A stretch of DNA of 64,000 nucleotides from Scenedesmus sp. PABB004. Its lineage: Eukaryota. Shown piece after piece: positions 1-11,462 of this stretch. Location: NCBI GenBank assembly GCA_014905635.1, contig CM026547.1, forward strand, positions 2,542,001-2,606,000, given 5' to 3'. The notes below the pieces were generated by a model that saw only the letters and a program-made list of their open reading frames with translations, was not told where the DNA came from and made no database searches. Position 1 is the stretch's first letter. Every line of letters starts with the position of its first letter. Position numbers and translations under genes: made by a program.

Positions 1-329
1 AGCACGGCGGCGCGCACGGGCGCGCGTTGGCGGCCGGCCGCCGCCCCGGCGACGGCGGCCTGCGCCAACCGCCGCCCGCGGGCGGCGCGCCGGCGCGGGC
101 GCCCGCACCTGGCGTCCCAGAGCTCGTTCCAGGTCAGCTGCGCCGGCTCCAGCTCCTCCTCGCCGCTGCCGCCCGCGCCCTCGTCGCCGCACACGCCCGC
201 CGCCGCGAGCAGCGCGAGGCGGTGCTGCCGCTGCTCCTCCTGCGCGCGCGCCAGCTGCTGCGCGAAGGCGCTGCCCTCACCCAGCAGCCGCGCCCTGCTG
301 ACATGGCCCTCCCGCGCCTGGCCGGCCAT
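1..329 (-). CDS. Hypothetical protein, first exon only (329-109); gene runs off the left edge
   Basis: ATG at 329 opens MAGQAREGHVSRARLLGEGSAFAQQLARAQEEQ...LEPAQLTWNELWDA with coding-like codon use, ending at an AG|GTGCGG donor at 108. No family recognised. Confidence 0.45.
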   Translation of the reverse strand, partial: MAGQAREGHVSRARLLGEGSAFAQQLARAQEEQRQHRLALLAAAGVCGDEGAGGSGEEELEPAQLTWNELWDARCGRPRRRAARGRRLAQAAVAGAAAGRQRAPVRAAV

Positions 330-688
330 GGCGGGCCGGCGCCGCCGCGCCGGGCGCCGCGCAGCGGCTGCTGCTCACGCCGCTGTGCCGCGCCCGGCGC
401 CGAAGCAGGGCCGCCGCCGCCGCGGCGTGGCGTGCGCCATCGCAGCCCGGAGTGAGGTCCGGCCGGGAAGGGGGGGGGGCGGGGCGACGCGGCGCGCGAC
501 GGCAGCGCTGCGGCGCCGCAAAGCCGCGGCGGCTTTGCAGCGCACGGGCCGGTCCAGGGTGCGCGCTCCAGCTGTCCGTTTCGACGACACGGCGCGCCTG
601 TCAACCGCCGGCAGCTGACGACACGCTCTGCACACCCCCACCTCGCGCGCCGCTGCCGCTGCCGACTGCGCGCCGCCGCCGCGGCGCG

Positions 689-1581
689 ATGCTGCCGGTG
701 TTCGTGCTGGGCGCGCTGGGTGGGCTGCTGGCGGGCTTGGTCAAGCACAGACTGCTCCCGGGCGGCGGCGGCGAGCCGCCGGCCGGCGACGGTGGCGAGC
801 CGAGCGGTAGCAGCGCTGCTGGCAGCAGCAGAGGCGGCCGCCGGCGTCTGCTGGACGGCCGCCTGGGTGCGGCGGGCGCCTGCACGGCGGCAGCGGCGGC
901 AGCTGCGGCGGCGGCTTTCGTGGTCGCGCGGGCGCGGCGGCGCGGGCGCGGCGGCGGCGCCGCGGCGCGGGCGCGGCGGCAGGTGCGCGAGGGGCGCATC
1001 CCGCTGCCGGACCTCGTCCGCTTCAAGGAGCGGCAGTGGTTTGTGGAGGAGCTAGAGGTGCGCACACTCCCGCGCGTTGGCGGCGGCGGCGGCGGCGGCC
1101 GGCGGGCAGCGCACGCACTCGCGACGCGGGCGGCGCGCGCCCGGTCGCGCACGCAGAACGCGCGCGACGCCGACCCCAACGCGATGCTGCGCCTGGCCAA
1201 GATGTACCTGCAGGGCCAGGGCTGCCAGCGCAACGTCGCGCTGGCGCAGGAGTGGGTGCGCAAGGCGAGGTGCGTGCCCGCGCCGCGCGGGCGGGCTCGC
1301 GGGCGGGCGGGCGCGCCGCGGCGGCGCTGCGCGCCTGCTGGCCGGCAGGTCCCACAGAGCGGCGGCGGCGGCGGCGGCGACGCAGGTCGATGGGCGTCGC
1401 GGCGAGCCTGGACGAGCTGTTTGCGACGGACGACCCCGACCCGCGCGGCAAGCTGCGCGCGCTCGCGGCGCAGGAGGAGCGCCGGCGCGCGCTGCGGCGC
1501 GGCGCGCCGGCGGGCGGGGGCGGCGCGCCGCGGCCCCCGCCGCATGCGCTCGCGCCGGGCGGCGCCGGCCCCGCAGCGTAG
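689..1581 (+). CDS. Small SEL1-like repeat protein with a hydrophobic N-terminus (spliced)
   Basis: MLPVFVLGALGGLLAGLVK is signal/TM-like. Exon 1157-1269 encodes DADPNAMLRLAKMYLQGQGCQRNVALAQEWVRKA, which matches the SEL1 consensus. GT-AG introns 1058-1156 and 1270-1385; stop TAG 1579-1581. Confidence 0.7.
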
Positions 1582-1609
1582 CGGGCGCTCGAGGCCGTGC
1601 AACGCGCCG

Positions 1610-4600
1610 TCACAGCCGCCCGCACACGTCGGCCGCGTTGCGCGCCGCCCACGCGGCCGTCGACCACGCCGCGCCCAGGAGCTCCTGCAGTTGCCGCCGC
1701 CGCTGCGCGTCGAGCGCGGCCGCGCCGTCCGCCACCGCCTGCTCGCGCTGCAGCTCGCGCGCCGCCCAGGCCGCGAGCGCCTGGCACTGCGCCGCGCTCG
1801 AGGCCTCCGCCGCCGCCACCGCCTGCAGCACCCGCCAGGCCGTGTTGTGCCCGAGCGCCGCGACCACGTGTGGCCAGCTCTGCATTAAAAAGCCGCCCAC
1901 GCCCGCGGGGCCGGGCGTTGCGCCGCCGCGCGGCTGCGGCCGGCTGCGAGCCACCGAGCGGCTGACCAGCAGCGCCAGCTCCTCCGCGTGTGCAGACGGG
2001 GGGATGCCGCACACGGGCGCGCCGCCCGCGGCGCCCGCCCACGACGGGCGCGCGCCCGGCAGCGGCATGGCCAGCAGCAGCGCGAGCAGCGCCTGCCACG
2101 ACGCGGCGTCGGCGGAGCCCTCGGTGGCGTGCGCAAGCGCAAAGGCCGCGCCATGGGCCACCGCGGGGCTCGGGGACGCCTCGTACAGCTGCCACAGCAG
2201 CTGCAGCAGCTCCTCCGCTGCGTGGCGGCGTGGCGCGCAGTGGAGCTGCGTGCGCTGCGCCGCCTGCGCCGCCAGCCAACCCCACCCCCCGCGCCTGCTC
2301 ACCTGGCATGTCCAGCTCGCAGCCGGGCGGCCGGGCGGCTGCGACGTTGAGCGCCGCGTCCCGGACGTCAGGGTGCAGCGCCGCCAGCAGCTCCGGCGCG
2401 CCTCCCCTCGCCGCCGCGGCGGCGGCGTTGACCGCTCCACACAGCCGCGCCGCGACGTCAGCGTCGGCCAGGCCTGCGGCGGTGACCAGCGGCCCCAGCG
2501 CGACCGCGCCCAGAAACGCGCCGGGCGTCCCGGGCGGCTCGGGTGAGCCAGCGGACGACGGCCCAGCGGCGCCAAAGGCGCTGAGCGCGGCCAGCGCCAC
2601 GGGGCGCAGCGCGCGCCCCGCCTCGGCCTGCAGCGCGGCCGAGCACGACGCGTTGCCGCTTGCCGCCAGGCGGGCGGACAGCTCCGACAGGTGTGGCAGC
2701 AGGGGCGCCAGCAGCGAGTAGCTCAGCTCGCCGAGCAGCGCGCTGTCGCCGGCTGCCGCGGCGGCAGCGGCGGCCGCCGCCGCCGCGCGCACTGCTCCCA
2801 CGACCTCCCACGCCGCGCCCTCGCTAAACGCCGACAGTCCGAGGTCCGCCTGGTCCTGCAGCAGCTTGGCAGCGGTGAGGAGCAGCAGGTCACGCTCGCC
2901 TGCTGCCGCGCCCCCGCCGCGCGCATTGCCGGCTCGCAGCAGCGGCATCAGCTGCTCCGCGACCCACGCCCGCACGGCGGCGCGCTGCTCTGGCGCGTGC
3001 AGCGACCAGTGGAGGCCCCAGCCGCCGGCGCCGTCCAGCACCAGCAACGGCCCCCGCGTGGGCGCAGCTGCGGCGCCAGCGGCCGCAGCCGCGGCGGCAA
3101 TGCAGCTGCCCTCGGGCAGCTCCAGCTGCTGCGCGTCGCGCATCACCACCACCCACGCGCCACAAACGCCACTGGCGTTGGCGGCGCCGCTGGCGTTGAG
3201 GGACGGCAGCGCCCGCAGCAGCAAGGGCGTCCACGGCACGGCGCGCTCGCCGTCGCCGGCGACCGCAGGGCAGACCAGCGCCGCCGCTGAGCCGCCTGGG
3301 CCGCCGTCGGTGCCGGGACCCAGGTCTGGCGGCGGCGCGTCCGCGCCAGCCGCCAGCAGCGCGTCCAGCGCCGGCTCCGACAGCAGGCCTTGGCTGCAGA
3401 AGCGGTGCTGCCGGACCTGCAGCGTGCCCTGCGCCGGTGCCGGGGCAGACAGGGCGTCGCGCCCTCGCCGCACCGGCGCGCCGCCGCACGCTGCCCCCAC
3501 AGAGCCCCGCACCTCGCCGGCGCCCCGCTCCAGCGCAATGACCGGCGCGCCCGGCGACAGCCACCCGGCCATCACCGCGGCGGCGCTGCCCGACAGCGCC
3601 GGCGGGGTCAGCGCGAGAAACGTGCCGAGCACCTCCTGCGCCGTGGCCGTCCCGTACAGCCGCCCACGGAGGAGCTGGCCGAGCGCGGCGGCCGCCGGCC
3701 CCGCGCCCAGCGCGGCGACGGGGCCGCCGGCCAGCGCCGCGGGCGCGGCCGCGGCCGCGGGGTCGGCGGCGGCCGCAAAGACGGCCAGGCTGCCCATGAC
3801 CGCCGCGGCCTGTGAGTACACGACCGCGTCAAAGCGCACCTCCCCGCCCGCGGCGCCGCCGAGCAACGGCGCGGCGCCGGGGAGCGCGCCGTGAGCGAGC
3901 GCCCTGCTGAACGGCCCTGCGCGCGCAGGCGGTGCGCGGGGCGGGCGGGCCGTGCGCGTGTGCGCGCGCGTCAAGGCGGGCGCGGGCGCGTGCGCGCGCG
4001 GGCGCTGGCGCACCCTCGTGCACGCCCGGCGCGCGGCCGTGCGGTAGCACAGCGCGCGCCATGGCCGCCGCCGCGCCGCGCGGGCCGAGGGCGGGCAGGA
4101 CGTCGGCGATGCAGCCATACTCGAGCAGGCTGGCGAGTCCCTCATTGACCAGGAGGTCGGACCACGACGCGGCGGTCACGAGGTTGCCCACCCACTGGTG
4201 CGCGACCTCGTGGCACACCACGTCGGCGGCGCGCAGCACGGCCCACGCGCCCGCGCTGCCCGGCAGCAGCCTGCGCGCGGGCCGCGGGCAGTGCGGCGGC
4301 AGCGCGGCGCGGCGCGGCGCGTGGGCGGGGCGCGCACGGCGGCGGCCCCGCCGGCGGGGCCCCTCTCGCCTGTCGACGTCCATTGCCAGCAGGCCCCAGT
4401 TTTCGACCGCGCCGCGCTTGCCCGGCACGGCGACTAGGTCAAACTTGGGCAGGGGCTGCGGGATGCCGGTGAGGCGGGCAAAGTGGTCCAGCGCGCCCAC
4501 CGCCAGGTGCAGCGGCAGCGCCGACGCCGCCTGCCAGCCCGCGACCGCGGGCGCCCACACGCGCACGAGCTGCCTGTGGCAGTGCGGGGCGCCCCTGAGG

Positions 4601-5990
4601 AACCGATTGGGCGGCACGGGTGCGCGGCGCGCGGGCCGCGCGCGCTGGCGACCCGGCCGCACCCGGTGCTGGTGTTGCCGACCGCGGCGGCCATGTGGCC
4701 CACGGCCAGGGCCACGAGGTACGTCGACATCGGCGGGGTGGGCAGGAACTCGACCTCGCTGCGCGGCCCGCCGCTGCCGGGGGCGAGGCTCACGCGGCGC
4801 GCCGCCTCGGGCATGTTTGACAGGATCGCGAGGTGCGACGGCGCGGCGACGACGACCACCACCGTCGCCTTGGCGCGCGGCTCGTCGACGCAGGGGAAGA
4901 CGCGCCGCGCGCCGCGCGGCTCGAGCTGCGTGTTGACCACCACCTGGCGCGCGGGCGGCCCGGCGTCGGGCGTGAACGGCGCCGAGCGCGACACGTCCTG
5001 CCCGTCCGCGCCAAACGCCGCGCGGTAGGTGGCGGCCAGCAGCAGCGAGCTGCCCGCGGGCGCGACCAGGGGGCCGAGGCTCAGCAGCCACGCGCCGCGC
5101 TCGCCCCCTGCGGCGGCGCGGCGCCGCGCAGCGGGGGGTCACGCGGCGGCGCCGCACCGCGCGGCGGCCGGGCGGCGCAGCCTGCGCGCACCTGGGTCGG
5201 GCCTGAAGAGCCGGCCGCAGCTGTCCGTCGCGCAGCCGGGCGCGGCGCCGCACAGACACACGGCGCCCCGGGGCGGCGGCGGCGCGGCCGCGGCGCCGCC
5301 GGGGCTGAGCACGAGGCTTGCGGTCACGCTGTGAAACGCGAGGCCCTCGGCGTGCAGGCGCACGCACGAGGTCTCCTCCGCGACCGCGAGCGTGACGTTG
5401 GCGGCCGCCTCAAAGCCCGCCGCCGCGGCGGCCGCCGCGGCGTCGCCGTCGGCGAAAAAGTGTGCGTCGTCGAACGACACGCGCAGCCGGTAGCTGAGGG
5501 GCGTGGCGGGCTCGCGCGCGGGCCCGCCCGGCGCCGCCCGGTCGGACACGCGGCAGCCGCCGGCCGGCTCCAGCCAGGGCGCGTCAGGGAAGGGCCGCGC
5601 CCCCGGCGGCGCCGCAGCGGCCGCCCGCCGCCACGCGCCGACCGCCAGCGCCGCGGCCGCCGCCAGCACGACTGCGAACGCCGCCGCGCCGAGCCAGAGC
5701 AGGCGCTGGCACCGCGGCTGCTCCAGCAGCTCGCGCGCGCCTGGCAGGCGCCTGCGGGCGGCAGCGGCGGCGGCGGCAACGGCGGCCTGGAACGTCGCAG
5801 CAGGGAGCGCCGGCCGTGCTGCCGTGTGCCCCGCCTGCCCGCGCGCGCCCCCGCACCAGCGCCTGCGCGTGCCGGCGCGGGCGTCGCCGAGCGGCGCGGA
5901 GCCCTCGCCGCCGTGCACGGGCTGCAGCTCCAGCTCTGCATCCTCGTCGAGGCTCGAGTAGGGACGCAGCAGGCGCGAGAGCGGGTGCAT
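1610..5990 (-). CDS. M1-family zinc aminopeptidase (aminopeptidase N-like), type II membrane-anchored, spliced
   Basis: TQLEPRGARRVFPCVDEP, LSNMP, TPPMSTYLVA, GAVENWGL (GAMEN-like), HEVAH-x18-E (HEVAH at 4212-4198) and FDAVVY (catalytic Tyr region). N-terminal TM LLWLGAAAFAVVLAAAAALAVGAW. Confidence 0.9.
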
Positions 5991-6356
5991 GGCGCGCCGC
6001 CGACCAGCGCGCCGCTGCTGCCGCCGCCGCGCGCGCCCGAGCCGCGGCGGCGTGGCGGGCGGGCCCACGGCTCACCCGGGTGTGGGCCACGTCGCAGAAC
6101 CGGAGAGCCAGCGCCGCGGCGGTTGAACTGCAGCTGTGGGTGCAGGGCGCGACGCTGCCGGCGCGCGCAGGGCCGACGGCGGCGCCAGGCCGTTCAAGAG
6201 ACGGCCCTCCGCGGCCGCGTGTCAGCGCCGCCGCCGCCAGCACAGCCGTCGCGCGCTGCGGCAGCGGCGGCGGCGGCGGCAGCAGCAGCGGCAGGCAGCG
6301 CCGCTGCTGGCAGCGGCAGCGACGCGCACGGCAAGCGGTCCAGACCAGTTGAGGCC

Positions 6357-6769
6357 ATGACCGACTGCTCGTCGCTGCTGGGGCTGCCGGACGCGCTGCT
6401 GCTCGCCATACTCGGGCGCCTGGAGCCGGTCGCCCTCTGCGCCGCGTCGCGCGCGTGCCCGGCGCTGCTGAAGCTCGCGAGCCACCCGTCGCTCTGGCCG
6501 TCGTTCGTCCCCGACGCCCTCGCCGCCGCGGCGGACGTGCGCTGCGTGCTCGCGCGGGCGCTGCACCTCCCGCCGCAGGTGCTGCAGGTGCAGGTCGACG
6601 TCGCGCGTTCGCGCCGCTTCCCGATAGTCGTTCCCCTCTTCAACCTGCGGCCGCTCCTGGCCGTGTCGGACAGCGAGGGCCTGGCCGAGCGCCTCGCCGC
6701 CGCGGTGCAGGTGCGCGGCGCGCGGCGCACGCGTTCCGCTCGCGCGCGCTCGGCCGAGCGCGCGCGGGC

Positions 6770-6803
<34 letters not shown>

Positions 6804-7975
6804 GCAGGAGCGCGTGGCACGGTCAGCACGGCTTTGGGCGTGCGCGGGCGGCTGGCGCGCGCTGCCGCCGGCGGCGACGATCGCGGTGTGCCGCGCGGAC
6901 CGCGCGACCGTGCGCGCGAGCCTGCGCCCGGAGGCCGTGGTGCCGGGGCTGGTCGCGGAGCTTCAAGCGGCGGGCTGGCCGCCCGACCCAGCAGCAGCAG
7001 GGACAGCAGACGGAGCAGCAGGCGAGGCAGCAGCGGCAGCACAGGGCCGCGGGCGGCCGCCGGCGCAGCGAGCCGTGCGGATCGCGACCGGGCAGGCCGA
7101 GGCCGCCGCGGGCGTGCTGTGGCACGCGCTGCCGATCGTGCCGGCGCCGCCGTCGCAGCCACGGGCGGCGGAGCCTGCCACACCCTGCAGCGTCGCGGCG
7201 GCCATGGCCGCGTGCATGCAGGTCTGCCGCGCCCGCCTGGAGCAGCTGGACGGGGGCGGCCTGCCGCAGCTCGCGGCGCTGGCCGGCGGCAGCCGCGCCG
7301 CGTCGCCGCTCGGCAGCGGCTGCGAGCCGCGCGAGCGGCTGGCGGGGCGGCAGCACGCGGCGGCCGCGGCCCCGCACGCGGCCGCCACCGCCGCCAAGCT
7401 GCCGGGCCTCGCCGCAGTGCGCGGCGCGGCGGAGGAGGTGCTGCAGGGCCTCGGCGCCGACGGCGCGGGGGCCCGCCCGCGCGCGCGGCCGCGCGCGCGC
7501 GGCGCGCCGAGGCGGCGGTCCGCGTCGTGTGCGTCGCCGCCGCGGCCGACCCGGCGAGCGTCGCGAACACGCTGCCAGGCAGCGCCCCCGGGTGGCGCGC
7601 GCTGCTCGGCATGGCCTGCCGAGCGCTGGCGCGCGCCGACGCACTGCCGAGGGCGGCGCCGCCGGCGGGCGCGCTGGAGGGGCCTGGGGCGCGTGCGGCG
7701 CCGCCGAGCTGCAGCTGGCTCTTGCGGGCCTGCACGCGTTCGGCTGCGCCCTGCGCGCGAGCCGCGCCAGCGGGCCACAGCCGCTGCTGCGCGCGCTGGG
7801 CGAGCTGGAGGCGGCGGCGGCCGAGTACGGCCTCGCCGCGCCCGGCCTGGCCGCGCTCTGCCTGAGCGACGCCTCGGCCGGCCCGCACGCCCGGGCGCTC
7901 GTGCGCGCCGCGCTGGGCGTCGAGACGCGCCGCGCGCTGAGCTGGTGCCTCTGGCTCCTCGGCGCGGAGCCGTGA
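6357..7975 (+). CDS. F-box protein; the 3' part needs two frame changes (see findings)
   Basis: N-terminus MTDCSSLLGLPDALLLAILGRLEPVALCAASRACPALLKLASHPSLW is a canonical F-box. Intron 6711-6807. The C-terminal coding-like frame ends at TGA 7973-7975. Confidence 0.65.
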
Positions 7976-8163
7976 AGGCACGCTTCGCGTGCCAGGGCTC
8001 GGGGCGCCACTGAAGCGCCGCCGCCCGCCGGGGCGCCGTGAAGCGCCGCCTTCCCGTCCCGCTCCCGCTGCGCCACACTGCGACGCACCGCACCCCTCGC
8101 CCAGCCACCGCTCGCCCAGCCAGCGCCCAGGCAGCGCCCAGCCGTTTGCAGGTCGGGAGCAGC

Positions 8164-8806
8164 ATGGCGGAGCAGCCCGAGCAGCAGCCGCCCAGCGAGG
8201 CGCCCAGCAAGCCCTCGCGGCGCTTCAAGATCGCGGGCCACATCGTCATGGCCATGCGCCGCCTCCAAGGTGCGGCCTCTCGGCGAGGCTGGACGGCCCC
8301 GCCCCGCCCCGGCGCCACCGACCCGCGCCGGGCCGTGCCGGTCCGCCCCGCAGCGTCGCTTAACCCCACCTACCAGTACGGCAAGCGCGCATCCGACTCG
8401 GAGGCCGCAGAGGTGGTGAGGGGGACATGCGGGGCAGTCGCTGGCCCAGTGCGGCGCCCCCGCTGCCGGGGCGGCCTGGCACTCCTGGCCGGGCCGCGCG
8501 CAGGGCACCCGGGCAGCTCAGGGGGCGGCGGCGCGGCGCCGCGGGCGGCGCGCCGCCCCCTGGGCCAGCTCACGCGCCCGCTGCTCCGCCGCACCCCGCG
8601 CGCCCGCGGCGCAGGTGGACCCGCACAGCCACCGCGTGACGGTGCAGCCCAAGCAGCTGTCCGGCCGCGCGACGAGCGGGCGCACGACGAGCGGGCGCAC
8701 GATCAGCGGGCGGCCCACGTCGGCGGCGCAGCACCACGGCCACAAGGGCAGCCTGCTGTTCCGCTCGCTGCCAGAGCCCGACACCGCCGCCGTGAAGAGC
8801 GGCTAG
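8164..8806 (+). CDS. Small (~119 aa) basic, probably disordered protein with a 1-8-14 calmodulin-binding-like helix
   Basis: Exons 8164-8269, 8354-8415 and 8615-8806 join in frame through GT-AG introns. A TGTAA poly(A) signal lies downstream at 9068. Confidence 0.7.
8660..8722 (+). repeat. Coding 15-nt tandem repeat x4 (SGRAT-SGRTT-SGRTI-SGRPT)
   Basis: Imperfect agcgggcgcacgacg units read directly. Confidence 0.8.
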
Positions 8807-9067
8807 GACCCGCGCAGCGCGACAGGAAACCCTCATCCCCCGCAGCAGGGCGCGCGCCGGCGCGCGCGGCACACGCCGCGCGGCGCGCCGGCACGCCCCT
8901 GCGGCGCGCATTGTGGCCCTGCGGCCTGACCGACTGTATTTGTAGCCCAGGCAGACTGACCCCGGCTTGGGGGCGGCGGCGGCGGCGGTGGCGGCGACGA
9001 TGCGCGGCTGGCGCGCGCGCGCGCGCGGTCGCCTCTCTTCTTGACGGCGTCGGGCCGACGCCCGTCG

Positions 9068-9089
9068 TGTAACGAATCATGTTATTACA
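9068..9089. terminator. Back-to-back UGUAA polyadenylation signals of two convergent genes
   Basis: TGTAA at 9068-9072 (+) and TTACA at 9085-9089 (TGTAA on -). UGUAA is the established chlorophyte poly(A) signal. Confidence 0.7.
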
Positions 9090-9142
9090 CGCCGCACTCG
9101 CTCCTGCAGCTGCTCCTGCTCGCCCACTCGCGGGCCGCCCCG

Positions 9143-10615
9143 TCACAGGAGCTTGACGATCTCCGCCTCGAGCTGCTCCGGGGTCGTGGTGCTGCCAAAC
9201 CTGCGCGGCGGCGGCGGCGGCGGTGGGCGCACCCGGTCAGCTCGCTGCGGCGGGGCCGCCGCGCACGTGCGGCCCGGCCAGGCAGCCCGGCTAGTGGGGC
9301 TGCGCGGCGAGCTGGCCCAGCCCGCCACGCGCGTGCGGCCCCGCCGGCCCGCCGCCCCCAGCCCGCCGCACCGGCCAACGACCGCGCCCTCGCGGTTGAT
9401 CAAGAACTTGCTGAAGTTCCATTTCAACTCACTGTTGAAAATGCCACCCTTCTCCTTTTTCAGCCTACCAAAAGAGGAGGGAGGGGAGGGAGGCGGCGTT
9501 GAGCAGCGGCGCCGGCGGCGGCGGGGGCGCCCCGCGGCGCGGGTGGAGGCGCGCGGTGCGCAGCGCGGCTTGCGCTCGCTCACCAGTCGAACACCGGATC
9601 CGCGCCGCTGCCGTTGACCTCCACCTGCGGCGGCGTGGGCGCTGGTGTTCACGCCAGGCGCGGGGGCTCCTGCAGTGGCGCGCGCGGGGCTCGCCGCACC
9701 TTGCTCATGAGGTCAAACGTGACGCCGTAGTTCTTCTTGGCAAAGCTCTGCGCAGCAAGCACCCGGCAACGGGGCGGTGAGGGGGCGGCCGCGGCTGTGG
9801 CACCGCCGCCGCTGCGGCCGCGCGCGGCCGCAGCGCCGGCGCGGGGGCGCGCCTTGATGTCGCCGTTGCTGCCGGGCTCCTGCGCCCCAAACTGGTTGCC
9901 TGCGCGGCGCGCGCGCACGTGCGGCGAGCGGGCGGTCAGCCAGCCCCCTCGCGGCGGGCTCGCCGCCGCGCGCAGCACGTGCGCCTGCCGCGCTGCAGCC
10001 TCACAGGGGAAGCCGAGCACGACGAGGCCCTTGGACTTGTACTTGTCGTACAGCTCCTGCAAACCAGCGTACTGAGGCGTGAACCCGCAGGCGGACGCGA
10101 GGTTCACAACGAGCGCAACCTGCGACGCGTGGTGGTGACCGCTGGGCACACGCAAGCCGCGCTGGCAGGCGCACGCTGGCCGCCCCGCCGCCGCGCTGGC
10201 GGCCCGGCCGCCGCGCCGGCCCAGCGCACCTTGCCCGCGTACTTGCTGAGCTTGACCGGCCGGCCGTCGATGTCGGTGACCTGGCGGGCGGCGGGCGGGC
10301 GTCGGACCTGGCAGCGGCGCGGGCGGCGCTGCGCCGCCCCTGGCCGGCGCGCGCCCCCACGCCCAGCACGTGGCGGGCGTGCGACACTGCAGCAGTCCGT
10401 GGGCGGCGGCGCAGCCGGCGGGCGCCCCCGCAGCGCGGGCGTGGGACGCTGCGGGCCACAGGATTCGTCCACGCCCGCACCTGGAACGAGTAGAACTCGC
10501 TGCCCTTGGTGGCGGTGCTGCTGCTCGACTTGAAGAAGGCGCGCGTCACGCAGGCGCTGCGCGAGCGCGCGGCGGCCACACGCGGCGGCGCCGAGCAGCG
10601 GGCGGCGGCGAGCAT
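9143..10615 (-). CDS. GPX: Glutathione/thioredoxin peroxidase, Cys-type (non-selenium), with an organellar transit peptide; 8 exons
   Basis: [14 protein letters not shown] (peroxidatic Cys is TGC), [14 protein letters not shown] and [14 protein letters not shown]-terminus [26 protein letters not shown] resembles a plastid transit peptide. One GC donor at 9852. Confidence 0.95.
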
Positions 10616-11462
10616 CGTGCCGTGCGTGGGCCTGCGGGGTCTGGTCTGGTCGCGGGGGGAGAGCTCCTGGACGAGCGGTGTGGCAGCGACCGGCGGCAGC
10701 GCTGGCGCGAGCTCTGCTGCGCGGAGGCGGTCTGCGTCCTCGAGGTTTTGCGGCGTCGCGGCGCAGCGCGATCCAACACGGCCGTTTGCCAGGGCGCACG
10801 CCCGCGATGCGCAGGCTTGATTGGGCGCCAAGCGATGACTGCAACGACGACACGGCGCACACACCACTGGATGCAACACGCCGACTCGCACCGACAGACC
10901 AGTGCTGTGTGCGAGGCACGCACGCACAACACGCTCTCCGATCGCCACCCGCCGCCGCGCGGCGCGCGGGGCACAACAGCAGCGGCGCCCGCGCGCGCGC
11001 CGCACACTCGATGCCCGCCCCGCCCCGCCCCGGCCGCCCCGCCCCTCCTGGCTGCCCGCTCCCTGCCGCAGCGAGCGCCGCCGCCGCGCCGCGCCACAGT
11101 GCGAAGAAGTACAAGAAACAGAGACGGCGCCCGCGTCACGTCGCTACGCTGCCTGGACCGCGCGCGCGCGCGCGCCGCGGGCTAGTATACATCGGCCCCC
11201 CGAGCTGCCGGGCCGCTCCCCGCTGCTCCCTCCCCTGGCCCCCCTCCCTTCCCCGCCGCCGCGCGGAGGCGCGGCAGGCGGCGCGCGGTCGGCCGGCGCG
11301 CAACACACAATCAATCAATCGGCATCACAGGTCCCTGCGCGGGGCACAGAGAGGCGGCGGCGGGCGCCGGGTCGGCGGCGCGCGCGCGCGCGGGGGCCGC
11401 CGAGCCGCGCCGCCGCCGCGCCCGCCGCCGAGTCGCGCCGCGCCGCGCCGCGCCGCGCGCGC

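Noticed and set aside
10085..10095. Possible selenocysteine in GPX
   Set aside because: The active-site codon is TGC (Cys). There is no in-frame TGA, so no SECIS element is needed.
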